Shown here: positions 11,300-22,864 of the stretch, piece after piece
Layout: every line of letters begins with the position of its first letter
Position numbering within the stretch: the stretch's first letter is position 1
Assembly: GCA_001600815.1 (NCBI GenBank)
Contig: BCKZ01000006.1
Location: forward strand, 1-64,000
Origin: Alloascoidea hylecoeti
Taxonomy: Eukaryota
Reading direction: 5' to 3'
Length of the DNA stretch: 64,000 bases
The notes under the pieces: model-generated
Databases searched by the model: none
What the model saw: only the letters and a program-made list of their open reading frames with translations
Told to the model about the DNA's origin: nothing
Position numbers and translations under genes: made by a program

Positions 11300-13684
11300 A
11301 TGCTGAAAGCTGCCCAAAGCTACCTGGCAAAAGTCCACAGATACGCCTTTTCCCCTGTGCCTCAGGATGGCGGCCCTGGTCCAAACATACCCTCCCTGGC
11401 GTCCCGTGTCTTAGCACAGGCCCAGAGAATTTTGGCCATAACCTTCACAGTCATCACCTTTCTGCTTAAAAAGCTAAAGTTCGCAAAAAACTTGGCAATT
11501 GGAATATTCGTCTTATTACAAATTGTCCTACTCTACAGCTTTTTCCACACCAATCCTAAATTCCTGATTGTGGATGGCTCTGAAAGTATATATGCTTATC
11601 GTTCCCTGATAAATGAATATGGCCCAAAATTACATGGTTTAACCTTGGAACACAAATGCGATTTATATTTTGAAGAACTTTATAAACTAAACTCTTCCTG
11701 GGTAGTGGAAACACTGCGTGGAATCGACTACTCGGAAGCTGTATATGACCCAGGTTACAAAGATCGTATTGTGGAAGATATTTTAAGAAAACAGGCTGAG
11801 GAAAAACTCGGCGATAGAGTATTAGAAGAAGGTGAACAACTTGAGTTAGGTGAGGCAACTAAAGGTCAAACATCTGAAGCTAAACTGACAGTTCTGGAAA
11901 AAACTGAACTTGTTAAATATGTTGAGAAAAGAATAGCCGAAGCTATTACACATTTGAGGATATTTTCAAAATGCTATCTTCGTGAAAAAACTTATTTAGA
12001 TTCTTTAAAAGAAAAAATATACGATGCTACTAGTGTTGAAGAAGAAGAAGAAGAACCTCTAGAATCCTCAGACCCAACTGCTAAAAATGAGAAGGATAAT
12101 GCTAAAAAATCTAGGGCTGTCAAATTTCATACAAAGCAAATGTGTAAGGATACTGAAGCTCGATTATTTCCCTGGATATCTAGAAAAATACCTGTATATG
12201 AACGATGGAATGGCGATATCTATAAAGACAATATACCAAATATTGCTAGAATTTCAAGATCGTTCCTTGCTAGAGATGAAACGTCTTCCACTATTAATCC
12301 TGATAACCCATCAGCTAAAGATGATGCACAAAAGGAATCGGCTGCAGACTCGGCTCAGATTTCAAAAGCACCCACTAAAGATGAGTGTTTCATGGAATAT
12401 TTAAGAAAATCCTTCAATGGTAAAGGTATTACTTTAACGGTTGCTGATAGATTTGCTGATAATCTTGTTCGTCTTGTATTATTGTTACGAGCCTTAAATA
12501 ATAGATTACCAATTGAGTTTGTTCATAAAAATGATTTAAATTCTGAAAACCGTCAACGAATAATTAAAGCTGCTAGAGCTAAGAAAATTGAACTAGAGCC
12601 CGAATTAGAAGCGTTGAAGAAACATTTGTCAAGTTCAAATAGAATCTCTTCATCTTGGCCAAAACAAGAAGTATGGTTTGTTAATGTTGAAGAATGTATT
12701 TCTCCTGATTATCGAGATTATTTTTCAGGATTTGCAAACAAATTATTACCCACCATTTTCTCTTCTTTTGACGAAATGTTATTGATGGATACCGATGTTG
12801 TCACTTTTGTTCCTCCCATTCATTACTTTCAAATGGAATCTTATAAGAAAACAGGAACATTATTCTTTCAAGATAGATGGAATTGGATTCGAAATTCACA
12901 CTTGGATACACGATTTTTCAAGAAACTCTTACCTAATAAGATGGATCATGTATTATTTGATATCCCACTACCAACTGAATTTACAACTGGTAACAGATAC
13001 CTTGGTTCTGGATATTTACATTTACAAGAAGCTGGTGTTGTATTGCTACGTCGTTCGGATCATTTTTCTGGGTTATTGATTGCAACACAATTAATCTTTT
13101 GGGCACCGGCAAGTGCAAAAGTTTGGGGTGATAAAGAATTATTCTGGTTAGGACAATCAATTTCAGGTAATGAAAATTATGCTTTTAATAAATTCCCTGC
13201 TGCAGCTGCTGGTCAAGTAACTGAAGGTAGACCTTCTAATCATTCAATTGAATTATGTACGACTCATCCGGCTCATATTTCTGAAGATGATGAGAAATCA
13301 TTACTGTGGATAAACTCTGGTTTTAAATTTTGTGACGCACAAAAAGGTGGCGATGAGGGTTATAAAGAAGATCTCCAACGAGATAGATATAAAGACAAAT
13401 ACACGGAAGATGAATTAAAAAAGCTTTATCGTTCACCGATGTATATTGACACTGCTTTGATTCCACCAGATGGTGGATTCTCAGTCGAGGATCCACTTCC
13501 TGGAGAACCATCAATGAGTTGGACTATGTCTGATTACTGTTCCAGGTATCTTTGGTGTGCATATGATGTTGTTGGATATGGAAAACCTGAAATTGAAAAA
13601 GGTATAGTTATTCACTATGAAAAGGAAACAACTAATATTATAACGTATTATGGTTCAATTTGGGACGCCGAATTGAAATATTAA
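11300..13684 (+). CDS. GT71 alpha-1,3-mannosyltransferase, MNN1/MNT family
   Basis: TM segment, C..YF..LY, RIFSKC, RLFPW, GKGI, LRALNNRLPIEFVH, PKQEVWFV, F.NKL, MDTD, QEAGVV, WGDKELFWLG, ELC..HPAH, LWCAY. Confidence 0.9.
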   Translation: MLKAAQSYLAKVHRYAFSPVPQDGGPGPNIPSLASRVLAQAQRILAITFTVITFLLKKLKFAKNLAIGIFVLLQIVLLYSFFHTNPKFLIVDGSESIYAYRSLINEYGPKLHGLTLEHKCDLYFEELYKLNSSWVVETLRGIDYSEAVYDPGYKDRIVEDILRKQAEEKLGDRVLEEGEQLELGEATKGQTSEAKLTVLEKTELVKYVEKRIAEAITHLRIFSKCYLREKTYLDSLKEKIYDATSVEEEEEEPLESSDPTAKNEKDNAKKSRAVKFHTKQMCKDTEARLFPWISRKIPVYERWNGDIYKDNIPNIARISRSFLARDETSSTINPDNPSAKDDAQKESAADSAQISKAPTKDECFMEYLRKSFNGKGITLTVADRFADNLVRLVLLLRALNNRLPIEFVHKNDLNSENRQRIIKAARAKKIELEPELEALKKHLSSSNRISSSWPKQEVWFVNVEECISPDYRDYFSGFANKLLPTIFSSFDEMLLMDTDVVTFVPPIHYFQMESYKKTGTLFFQDRWNWIRNSHLDTRFFKKLLPNKMDHVLFDIPLPTEFTTGNRYLGSGYLHLQEAGVVLLRRSDHFSGLLIATQLIFWAPASAKVWGDKELFWLGQSISGNENYAFNKFPAAAAGQVTEGRPSNHSIELCTTHPAHISEDDEKSLLWINSGFKFCDAQKGGDEGYKEDLQRDRYKDKYTEDELKKLYRSPMYIDTALIPPDGGFSVEDPLPGEPSMSWTMSDYCSRYLWCAYDVVGYGKPEIEKGIVIHYEKETTNIITYYGSIWDAELKY

Positions 13685-14149
13685 ACTAGAGAAATTTTTA
13701 TATTCTCTTTCCATGTTTTTTTCCTACCATATTTTTTGTGGAATATCCAAACAAAAATAATGGCATTGTTATCAATCCTTTTTATTGTGTTTCTCTTTAG
13801 TTATATATTATAGACTAAGATTTTTGGTGCCTCGAGCTTGCTTCGTTCATATTCATATGGGTTCTGTTAATTAGATTTGTTTTATTCCCTTATTTATTTT
13901 GCTTAAATGTATTCATGGAATTATTAAATGAGCAGGTACTCTATTTTCTTAAATATATCGTAAATTATAATATTAATCCATAAATAGAAAAATAAAATGA
14001 ACAATTTAAAACTTCAAATTGATCCCAGAACCCATACACAGTGAATTCAAGCTTAGGTAACGACTGTTGAGTTATTTAAGCACATTTTCTTTTGTTTGCT
14101 TTCTAATCAACATCTCAGTTTTCACACAAACTATTTAAATAAATCTGTA

Positions 14150-16516
14150 CTAAGATTGGGCCCATATTGCACCCAAATAATCAAATACTGCTATCTCATG
14201 TTTATTATATTTAATAAAATTTCCCCTTTTTTCCATAGGGGTACCGGGTCCTATCACATCATAAGAACACCAGCTATGACCAAAGCATAGGCCACCATAT
14301 CTCCATGATTTATCCGGTTCCCCACTGGGAGGGGACTTAATGTGGATACCACCATCTGGAGGAATCAGGACATACTCAATTTTTAATGGTGACTCATAGT
14401 ACTTTCTTAATTGTTCCACGTCGACAAAACGATCTTTAAATAGCCATGTAGTTAAATCTTTTTCAGCTGCATTTGATAGTTTACAAGTTTGAAATCCAGA
14501 GTTAATCCATAAAAGAGTATGATCATCATGGTCACTAACATGAGCTGGATGTGTTGAACATAATTCGATTGATTGCTTTGAATTTGGCCTATATTCTTGT
14601 TTCGATATTTCGCCAACCGCGCCAGCTGCATTTCTATTAAAATGATAATTTTCATTACCAGCGATAGATTGACCTAACCAAAACAATTCCTTATCACCCC
14701 AAACACGACTTCTTGAAGGTATCCAAATAACAAGTTGTGTTGCAATTAATAGGCCTGAAAAGTGATTAGATCTTTTTATTGCAACTACACCAGATTCTTG
14801 TAGATGCTCGAAGCCTTGACCCAGATATCTATTATTAAGGGTAAAATTTGTAGATAGAGGAATTCCAAATATATCTGAATCTAATTGTGTTGGTAATAAA
14901 CTTCGAAAAAAATCAGTATCTGATTTTCCAATTCTTAAATCAATTTCACGATCTTTATAGAAAACTGCACCTGTTTCTTTATAAGAATCTAACTCAAAAA
15001 ACTGTTCCGGCGGTATAAGTAAAACAGTATCGGCATCAACTAATAATGTTTCATCAAAACTTGAAAAAATGGTTGCCAATAATTTTTTAGAAAATCCTAC
15101 AAATATTCCTTCTCTATAATCCTTTGAAACTGCTCTTGTTACATCAACAAACCAAATTTCTTGCTTTGGAAATTCATTAGTATAAGTTCCAGGTTTTAGA
15201 TTCTTCAACAATTGAGTTATTTCTGGTGTAAGGATGATATCATTACGTCCAGAATCAATTAACCTTTGTTTGCTATCATCATTCAATTCACCTTCATCAT
15301 GAACAAACTCGATGGGAAGTTTATTATCGAGAGCTCGTAATACAGATATCAATTTAATAGCAACATTCACGTATGAATTAGAAATTGAGAAAACTATACC
15401 CTTACCATTAAAAGATTTTCTCATGAATTCCATGTAACAAGTATTAGGTTTTATTCTCTTTTTGTCTTTACCAGTGGTCATTATTGATTCAATATTTGGA
15501 ATACCTTGATAAACCTTGCCATCCCAGCGAGTGAAAATAGGATATTGACCAGATAACCATGGAAAAAGACGAATTTCTGAATCATGACACATCACTTCCG
15601 AGTTATAATCTGAATCAATTGTCCCAAAGAGTAAAGATCTCTTTTTTAACTGTTTTTGATTTGGTTTTATTATTGTAGAATTTGTATTTGATAATTCTTT
15701 TTTTGGGAATATTTGTTGTTTATGGTTCTTGATATGCTTCTCTTTCAAAAAGCATTTTGAATATATCCTTAAATGAGTTATAGCATCCATTATTTTTTCA
15801 TCTACTTCTTTCACACCACCTGCTTTTTTTTTATATTCAATATCAAGAGCTGCTTTCTGCTCCTCTGTTGGTGTTTTGTCTTTAATATCTCTTTTTGCTT
15901 TTGTCACTACTATTGTATTTGAAGATGACGGTAGCGATGACGATGATGATGATAATGAAGAGGAAAGAGCAGCTTCTCTTTTGGCCTTTTCTTCAGCTTC
16001 TTTTTTGACTTTTTCTTCGGCTTCCTCTTCGGCTTTTTCTTCAGCTTCTTTTTTTGCTTTTTCTTCAGCTTCTTTTTTTGCTTTTTCTTCAGCTTCTTTT
16101 TTTGCTTTTTCTTCGGCTTCAGCTTTCGTTTTTTCCTCTTCCTTTTTCAACATTTCATCGAATATTTTTTGTTTGTATTGCTCCTCATTAGAAACAGATT
16201 TGTCGTAATCATATTCAAGGAGATTATTTATAGCCCAGTTTGGATTCTCCTGGTATAACTGATTGAAGTATAGACTACATTTATCATCGAGACTAAGAGA
16301 TAATAATTCTGACCCATGGTTACCAATAAGTGACTTGTACGTTTTTGTGTGAATTGCGTCTGGACCGAGATAAATAACTTCTTTCTTTGGAATGATCATC
16401 AAATAGACAAAGATACAAGAAAGGGATAAGATCAAAGCAAGAAGCTTGAGTTTCAGTGTCTTAAGCTTACTGAAAAAGAAGCTCTTAAGCTGGCGAGCGG
16501 ATATCCTCAGGGGCAT
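14150..16516 (-). CDS. GT71 alpha-1,3-mannosyltransferase, MNN1/MNT family paralog
   Basis: Same motif series as 11300-13684 (PKQEIWFV, VDAD, QESGVV, WGDKELFWLG, ELCSTHPAH). AEEKAKKE repeats in the stem region. Confidence 0.9.
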   Translation of the reverse strand: MPLRISARQLKSFFFSKLKTLKLKLLALILSLSCIFVYLMIIPKKEVIYLGPDAIHTKTYKSLIGNHGSELLSLSLDDKCSLYFNQLYQENPNWAINNLLEYDYDKSVSNEEQYKQKIFDEMLKKEEEKTKAEAEEKAKKEAEEKAKKEAEEKAKKEAEEKAEEEAEEKVKKEAEEKAKREAALSSSLSSSSSSLPSSSNTIVVTKAKRDIKDKTPTEEQKAALDIEYKKKAGGVKEVDEKIMDAITHLRIYSKCFLKEKHIKNHKQQIFPKKELSNTNSTIIKPNQKQLKKRSLLFGTIDSDYNSEVMCHDSEIRLFPWLSGQYPIFTRWDGKVYQGIPNIESIMTTGKDKKRIKPNTCYMEFMRKSFNGKGIVFSISNSYVNVAIKLISVLRALDNKLPIEFVHDEGELNDDSKQRLIDSGRNDIILTPEITQLLKNLKPGTYTNEFPKQEIWFVDVTRAVSKDYREGIFVGFSKKLLATIFSSFDETLLVDADTVLLIPPEQFFELDSYKETGAVFYKDREIDLRIGKSDTDFFRSLLPTQLDSDIFGIPLSTNFTLNNRYLGQGFEHLQESGVVAIKRSNHFSGLLIATQLVIWIPSRSRVWGDKELFWLGQSIAGNENYHFNRNAAGAVGEISKQEYRPNSKQSIELCSTHPAHVSDHDDHTLLWINSGFQTCKLSNAAEKDLTTWLFKDRFVDVEQLRKYYESPLKIEYVLIPPDGGIHIKSPPSGEPDKSWRYGGLCFGHSWCSYDVIGPGTPMEKRGNFIKYNKHEIAVFDYLGAIWAQS
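15975..16125 (-). repeat. Coding 24-nt tandem repeat (AEEKAKKE), about 6 units
   Basis: Repeated GCTTTTTCTTCAGCTTCTTTTTTT on the + strand. Confidence 0.85.
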
Positions 16517-17614
16517 TTTTCCACGATGCTGAGAGAAGGAGATGCAAAAAAAGAACCAGCAATATATTTTATATTTAGAAATAACTTAATTATGATCAAC
16601 TTCGTTAGTATATGCATATATACGCAGATGTGCATACGTTTATCCTATTTGGGATGGCCATGTTAACTGGGATTCTAGATGCTTTGTTCATAATTGTAAC
16701 ATGACCACGAATCTTACAATATGACAACCGATATTCAATTGGGTTATTATGTATCTTGATTGTGAACGACATTAGACCCTTGGAATTTGAAATATAGTAG
16801 TAGTACAAGACACCTCATAGTTGCGATTAAGCAAATTAATATTGGTAGATGTAAGAATAGGGTTTGAGAAACTGAGAAACCCCATAGAAACTTTAAGTTT
16901 CGCACAAGAAAGCGAAAAGAGATACATACTAAACAATGTTACACATCCTTTAATTTACGAATGTAACAAAATGTTGAATTAGAATAGGAAAGTAATTTAG
17001 TGGGCAGTGATGATAGTATAAATAGTTATAATGTGTTATACTATAAGGTATATCGCAATTGAGATGTCTCTATAGCCATAAAGATACTATATATCGTTTT
17101 CTTAAGGAAAATAGTCTATTTATATTATTTGTTCACTATGGTACTTATATTTTGTATTGTATCTTATCATATTGCTTATAGAGGTTTAATAACCTCAAGC
17201 AGCTAATAGTGTCTCATGTGTATATTCGTTGAGCTCATGTAGATATACCGGTATAGACGTATCATTTACCCCAAATGTATATTGTGACTGTGACACGTAG
17301 AGTAGATAATAATGAATAAATCTATCATATTATAAGTTCCATCAAATAAATCTATACTAGAATAATTTTTACTTTAGCTATCAAAATCCAAAATAATTAG
17401 CTTTGTAAAGTGTTACAGAAATAAAAATATCAAATCTACAATTAGCACAACCACTAAGCATAAAAATCAACCTCTCTTATTCATTTTTTCCTATGAGTAG
17501 CCATAAGTGTGTGTGCCACTGTGTGGAACTCTGGAGGTTCCTTCTCGCCTATAGCTATACATGTATATCTAGCCTCTCACGTAAACTTACTTTTTCTCTA
17601 ACTAACGAGCAGTC

Positions 17615-19230
17615 ATGACCATGCCAAAAAGCTTAATTCAAAGTTGGACAATCAACATTTGAGATTACATATGATCATAGTTCCATTGTTTATGTGCAGC
17701 TAAACTCTAAAGTATTCGACAGGATTACAAAAACTTCACCGTTCCCAGATCTTCCGTAAGGAATATGTTAAGGAATTTGATAAAACAAAACAAAACTAAA
17801 ATTTCGGGTTTTCAGTAAGAAGAGATATTGGAGCACACTCGGGAAATGTCCAAAAATGGCTGCGTAGTTGATAGATCTTTATGATTGTTGAAGAGTTTAT
17901 ATATATCCGGACGGGTTCTAAACAGATATCAATAACGATTGAACATTCCGTGAGCAACCAATAGATCGCGGTCTTTTTAGATAGATGTGAGAAGATTATT
18001 TGCAAGGCGCCTCACGTTCTCGATTCTTATAGATTTTTCGCAAAGGATAAAAATCATGTGCAAAGCTGATTTGCTAAAATAGTTATGTCACAAATATAAA
18101 TCATGCAACATTTGCAATACAGATGAGACTGGTTGTATTTTTGATGTTGGAAAGTCCAGGAAGGTGTTAGTTCCAATGGAATGTCTGTATATTCCCCAGT
18201 TGATCCCTATTTCCCCTTGTTTTGAATGTGAAAATGCCATAGTGATTCCACTCCCCATGATTATTTTTAGTTCAACAAATCCTCATAGTTTATGGTCTAA
18301 ATATCTCGGAGATGAGAAGGAAAAATGGTTCGTTACTTGCTTACAAAGTGGTTATATTATTCATAGTATGTATTTTAATGTTGAATGGATCAAAAACTGC
18401 TTCCCCCAAAAAGATGAAAGAGCCCTCCTAGATGCTCATGTATTTCATAAAAATATAAGTTTAATAGATACCTGCAAGAAAAACATGATAGCTTTGTGCA
18501 TTCTTCTGGAGATATCATATTCCTGATGTTTCTTGTTTATCCCCATTGAAAAGATATATATTTGCGCAAAGCAAGTCAGGAGTTTAACTTAAGAGGGTCA
18601 GTCACACTCGAAAAAAATAATGTTCTTGGTCTATAGGTCTATAGAAGGGGAAGAAAATTAGCCCTAAATGAAAATATATCACATCTAGTTTTAGATCGAC
18701 GAGCATATGCCATATACCCACTACAGCCGTCGGTTCTCCTTAACAAGCTACAGGGTAAAGAAAACAATCTGGATGAGAATAGAAGGGGTCCAGTAGGTGG
18801 GTTACTACTTGGGAAAGCCATCCTTGAAAAGAAATTTTCAGTTAATCAAAGTGTGCGAGGTCGGCCTGAAAAGACTCAACTTATAAGGTATATACATGCA
18901 TGTGTATAGAGGAGGAGAACATGTATGGGAAGAGCTTTACTCACTTTATTACAACCTTATCAGTGATCTACCTGTAAATATAATAAAGCCTTCGGTAAGG
19001 TACTTAAATTGTGTGACGACAATCGTTGCAATCCCTTTTTGTATTACAAAGATACAGCAAAATAAATAAAATCATTGAAGGCCAAAAAAGCTCATGAATG
19101 CGGCTACGAGAAGAGTCGTTATATAATGGAGAGCTTGAAGAAGGAATTACCTGGTTCTCTATCTCTAAAAACACATATAAATCTTATCTTAAGCTTATAT
19201 TTTTAATTTTTATTTCAAATTTTTGGAAAT
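17615..19230 (+). mobile_element. Decayed Fot1/pogo-type (Tc1/mariner superfamily) DDE transposase pseudogene; ends approximate
   Basis: Across frameshifts and stops: SIRQ...FTVPRSSVRNML at 17711 (HTH_psq-like), Q*EEIL, VSNQ*IAVFLDR at 17950 (CENP-B HTH-like), NICNTDETG at 18107-18133, ECENA..PLPMIIF, SGY, EWIK, RALLDAHVFH, CKKNMIALC, PDVSCLSPLKRY near 18520-18560. Confidence 0.82.
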
Positions 19231-20302
19231 TTTTGAAAAGAATGTTTTGGAGAAAGAGTGCACTATGGCGAAGAAAAGGTTTATATTATGTATTCATCGG
19301 CACTTGATATCAACTGTTGCATATGATTAGGGTTTTAAACACAACTTCTACAAAAAAAAAATTAACTTGCATATTAATGATATTATACGGTTTTTTTATA
19401 CCACATAGTTCATATTTTGTTTAATTTATAACTGTTTTGATATTTTAGTTAAATATTGATATTAAAGCTTAAGCTTAAACTGTTTACCGGTACAATAATC
19501 AATAATACCAACAACCTTGAAGACTTATTTTTAGTACTTTGGTTTTTATATTTTCTTTGTCCATAAATTATATAATTAGAAATTAATTGTATGGGTTACA
19601 AGACTTATAATTATTATATAAACACTAAGCATTTATAGTATTTAATGATATCACCTTTGTTATGGCCAGTGGATCTATAATTCTATATATACAGACTTGG
19701 TACATATGCCATTGTCTTTACAGAAGTAAACAGCAATAAAGGCGTCTTTAGTGTAGTCCGCTTTGATACTGTGTACAGACCTTATAATTATTTTAAATGT
19801 TTAAAAAAATTAACAAAACTCTCGAACTATTGAGTAGCCCATAATAATAGCATCTATAAGTTAGATCACAATGGAGTTTTAGTGTACCAAAAATTTGATC
19901 TCATATAGTTTTATTTGTACAGTAAAGCTTGTATTATTAACTGTTTGAATCAATTTAATAACCCGGTAATTAAGACAACCACGTGTACAACAAAGAAACA
20001 TTAATGATTATTATAGATGTAAGAGATTTCCAGTGCTAGGATTAGCTATATATCTTCAGTGCCTTACACTTGGGAGTTCGTAAGAAAATATCCGACATTT
20101 ACGAGAAAGGTCGTATTATAACATACTGTAATTAATTAAATTCAATTTATCACCAATTCTTTCTCTTTTTCCTTTACTCTTCCCAATTTTTCCTTCTCAG
20201 ATTTTATTAGTATTTTTACTAGTATTATCCCTACTTATCAACGGTATAACCGGAAGTTAACAATTCTAATCAGTTTATGCTTTCCTTCAAAACAAGTTGG
20301 TT

Positions 20303-22276
20303 ATGAAAATACACATCTTTAACTGGAATATTCAAAGAAGATCAGTATTCTATATTATATGGGCTGTTTTTCTTGTGTCTCTTACTTCACTTATCTTAAT
20401 TTCAAATTCCTGTATTTCTTATGTCACTTTTCTTCAACATGAATCTGAAGTAGGAGACTACGTTCAGTTAAAGCCAGATCTTTTAACGCCTGAAAAATTT
20501 ATCTCAAATATTGATGAACTATCACCAAAAGATAGATTTGACCCTAGATTACCAATAGGTGCATATTTGGCAAAGCTTAGAAGATTTATTGAAACAAAGG
20601 CGAGTAAGGAAGAAGATATTAATAACTTCACTTTTGAATTTCATTGGGATGATTGGGTTGATCTCACAAGCCTTAATGCATTTTTTAGATCTTATTCCGG
20701 TGAAACCCTAAAAAAAGATGGTGAATCACAAAATCATGAAAAAAAGGACGATAAGAATAATGAGGAAGATATTGCACTTGGATTTGCAATAGCAAAAAGT
20801 TCTAGAGATGCCGAGAAATCCAAAGTGAAAGCCCTAAGAGGCCAAGCAGACCTTTATTCAATCCATCCTATTCCAAAAAAGATTGTATTTCTTACTGAAG
20901 AGAAGCTTTTTGAAGTTAAAGTTTCAGCAAAGCATAGACACAGTAAACAAGGCTTATATTCAATGTATTACAACGATGATTCTGAAAAGGCAACAAAAGC
21001 TTACAATAAACACGAAGAAATTAATTCGGAAATTGAAATAGAAAAACTTCTGGCTGAATATAAAAAGAAATTTCCAAATTATAAATCAGAGGTCGAAAAA
21101 TCGAAGCTAGAACAACAATTAGGAGTACATTTAGATGTCGACCCAAAGGATTTTTCGTTTGATGCTAAAGAAGAACTTGAAACGCTGAAAAAATCAATAG
21201 AAGATGAATCAGTCACCGAAGAAGAGATTGAGTATAAAAGTTTCTTAGAATATGCTATTGATAATGTTGGAAAAGCTTCACAACATTTCACAACTCCATT
21301 GATACACGGAGATGCTGAATATCATGCTAACCATATTGCTTATCCTTTTTATAAAAGAGTAATTCCTGAACGTGAAAGGCAATATATAATCAACCGTTTA
21401 TCTAGAGCTTGGTTCCAATTCTGTTTAGCTCATGATGTAGTGACATTTATCAATTGGGGTAATCTTATTGGATGGTATTACAATGGATTAACTCTTCCAT
21501 ATGATGATGATATTGATGTGAATCTTCCAATCAGACATCTAGATTGGCTTGGTAGGCATTACAACCGTACATTACTAATTGAAGATCCTAGAATTGGTAC
21601 AGGAAGATTTTATTTTGAGGTTGATCCATGGTATATTGAAAGAGGATCAGGACAAAACCCTATTGATGCCCGACTAATAGATATTAGAACAGGGATATAC
21701 ATTGATATTACTGCTTTAGCTTTCTCACCAAACAATGAACCTAATCAAAAATTGTATGAAGATACAGACTACAAAAAGGAAAATAATCCTGCTGTTACCT
21801 GTAAAAATTGGAACTGGATTATTTTAGATGATATTTTACCACTTCGAAGAACATTATATGAAGGTTATAAGGCACTTGTACCTAAAAATTTCAAGCGCAT
21901 TTTAACTTTAAAATATGGATCAGAATCCATTAACAGATTCGATACGCCATATCGAAATTCAGCTTTCGACAAAGACACTGGTATGTGGGTGAATATGAAA
22001 TATTGCCCCAAATTTCCTTCTAATAAAGATGATAAACGATTCGACTCATATGGAAGATTAACACTTAAAGGAGCGTGTGGTAGTTCTAAATATCAAGAGG
22101 ACTATAATAACGCAAAGGACGCTATTATTCTTCACTCAAAAGAAATGGATATGATATTAAAAAATGAAGACCCTCTGTTCGTAAGAACGGAAAAGCTGAA
22201 GCCATTAAAACCTGACTCATGGACACAGTGGAAAAAAATCAATGATGAATATGGAAATGGAAACCATTATTGGTGA
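20303..22276 (+). CDS. LicD/fukutin-family mannosylphosphorylation protein (MNN4/MNN14/PNO1-like)
   Basis: N-terminal TM, FDPRL, F.FHW.DWVDL, AW..F, G.LIGWYYNG..LPYDDDIDV, NPIDARLIDIRTGIYIDITAL, PLRRTLYEG. Confidence 0.88.
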   Translation: MKIHIFNWNIQRRSVFYIIWAVFLVSLTSLILISNSCISYVTFLQHESEVGDYVQLKPDLLTPEKFISNIDELSPKDRFDPRLPIGAYLAKLRRFIETKASKEEDINNFTFEFHWDDWVDLTSLNAFFRSYSGETLKKDGESQNHEKKDDKNNEEDIALGFAIAKSSRDAEKSKVKALRGQADLYSIHPIPKKIVFLTEEKLFEVKVSAKHRHSKQGLYSMYYNDDSEKATKAYNKHEEINSEIEIEKLLAEYKKKFPNYKSEVEKSKLEQQLGVHLDVDPKDFSFDAKEELETLKKSIEDESVTEEEIEYKSFLEYAIDNVGKASQHFTTPLIHGDAEYHANHIAYPFYKRVIPERERQYIINRLSRAWFQFCLAHDVVTFINWGNLIGWYYNGLTLPYDDDIDVNLPIRHLDWLGRHYNRTLLIEDPRIGTGRFYFEVDPWYIERGSGQNPIDARLIDIRTGIYIDITALAFSPNNEPNQKLYEDTDYKKENNPAVTCKNWNWIILDDILPLRRTLYEGYKALVPKNFKRILTLKYGSESINRFDTPYRNSAFDKDTGMWVNMKYCPKFPSNKDDKRFDSYGRLTLKGACGSSKYQEDYNNAKDAIILHSKEMDMILKNEDPLFVRTEKLKPLKPDSWTQWKKINDEYGNGNHYW

Positions 22277-22719
22277 TAAAGTTCAGTAGTGAAAGTTTGT
22301 AATATTATATTTGCATTATCTTAACGAAGCATTCATCCGAGTAACTTTTATTTTCAAAACTAAAGACATGTTTTGCTAATTTTTAACTAATTCTACTTTT
22401 ATATTAATACTATATATTGGATCTAGATATAAAATTAATGGATATGAATTTAAGCAAAATGAACATTTTTGATGCATTAGTTTTTTTTTTACTTTATCAT
22501 TATGTAGCTATTAAGGCTCTACATTAAACTGCTTTATCTATAAATACTATATTTATAACAAAGAAAAAATGTGAAAATAAAAAGACCTATTACTAATGTT
22601 ATAGGATCACTCCTTTTTGAGTATTGTTGTTACTTTTTATAGTATTGCCACCAACTTTTTTTTTTTTCAAGATTATTAGCCTGGGGCAAAGCCACGAAGA
22701 GCAAAAACTTTAAAAAATA

Positions 22720-22791
22720 CTCGGTAACGGGGAATTGAACCCCGGTCCCCCGCGTGACAGGCGGAAATTCTAGCCACTAAACTATTACCGA
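22720..22791 (-). tRNA. tRNA-Asp(GTC)
   Basis: TCGGTAATAGTTTAGTGGCTAGAATTTCCGCCTGTCACGCGGGGGACCGGGGTTCAATTCCCCGTTACCGAG folds as a cloverleaf and is followed by a T-run terminator. Confidence 0.96.
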
Positions 22792-22864
22792 TTACTTATA
22801 GGGACTTCGATTAAGGGATAGATATATATTCCAGGTTAATGAAGCTAAACTTGAAATAAAAATA

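Noticed and set aside
6918..16208. Many 60-120 aa ORFs overlapping the long genes
   Set aside because: They are antisense or off-frame shadows with no motifs.
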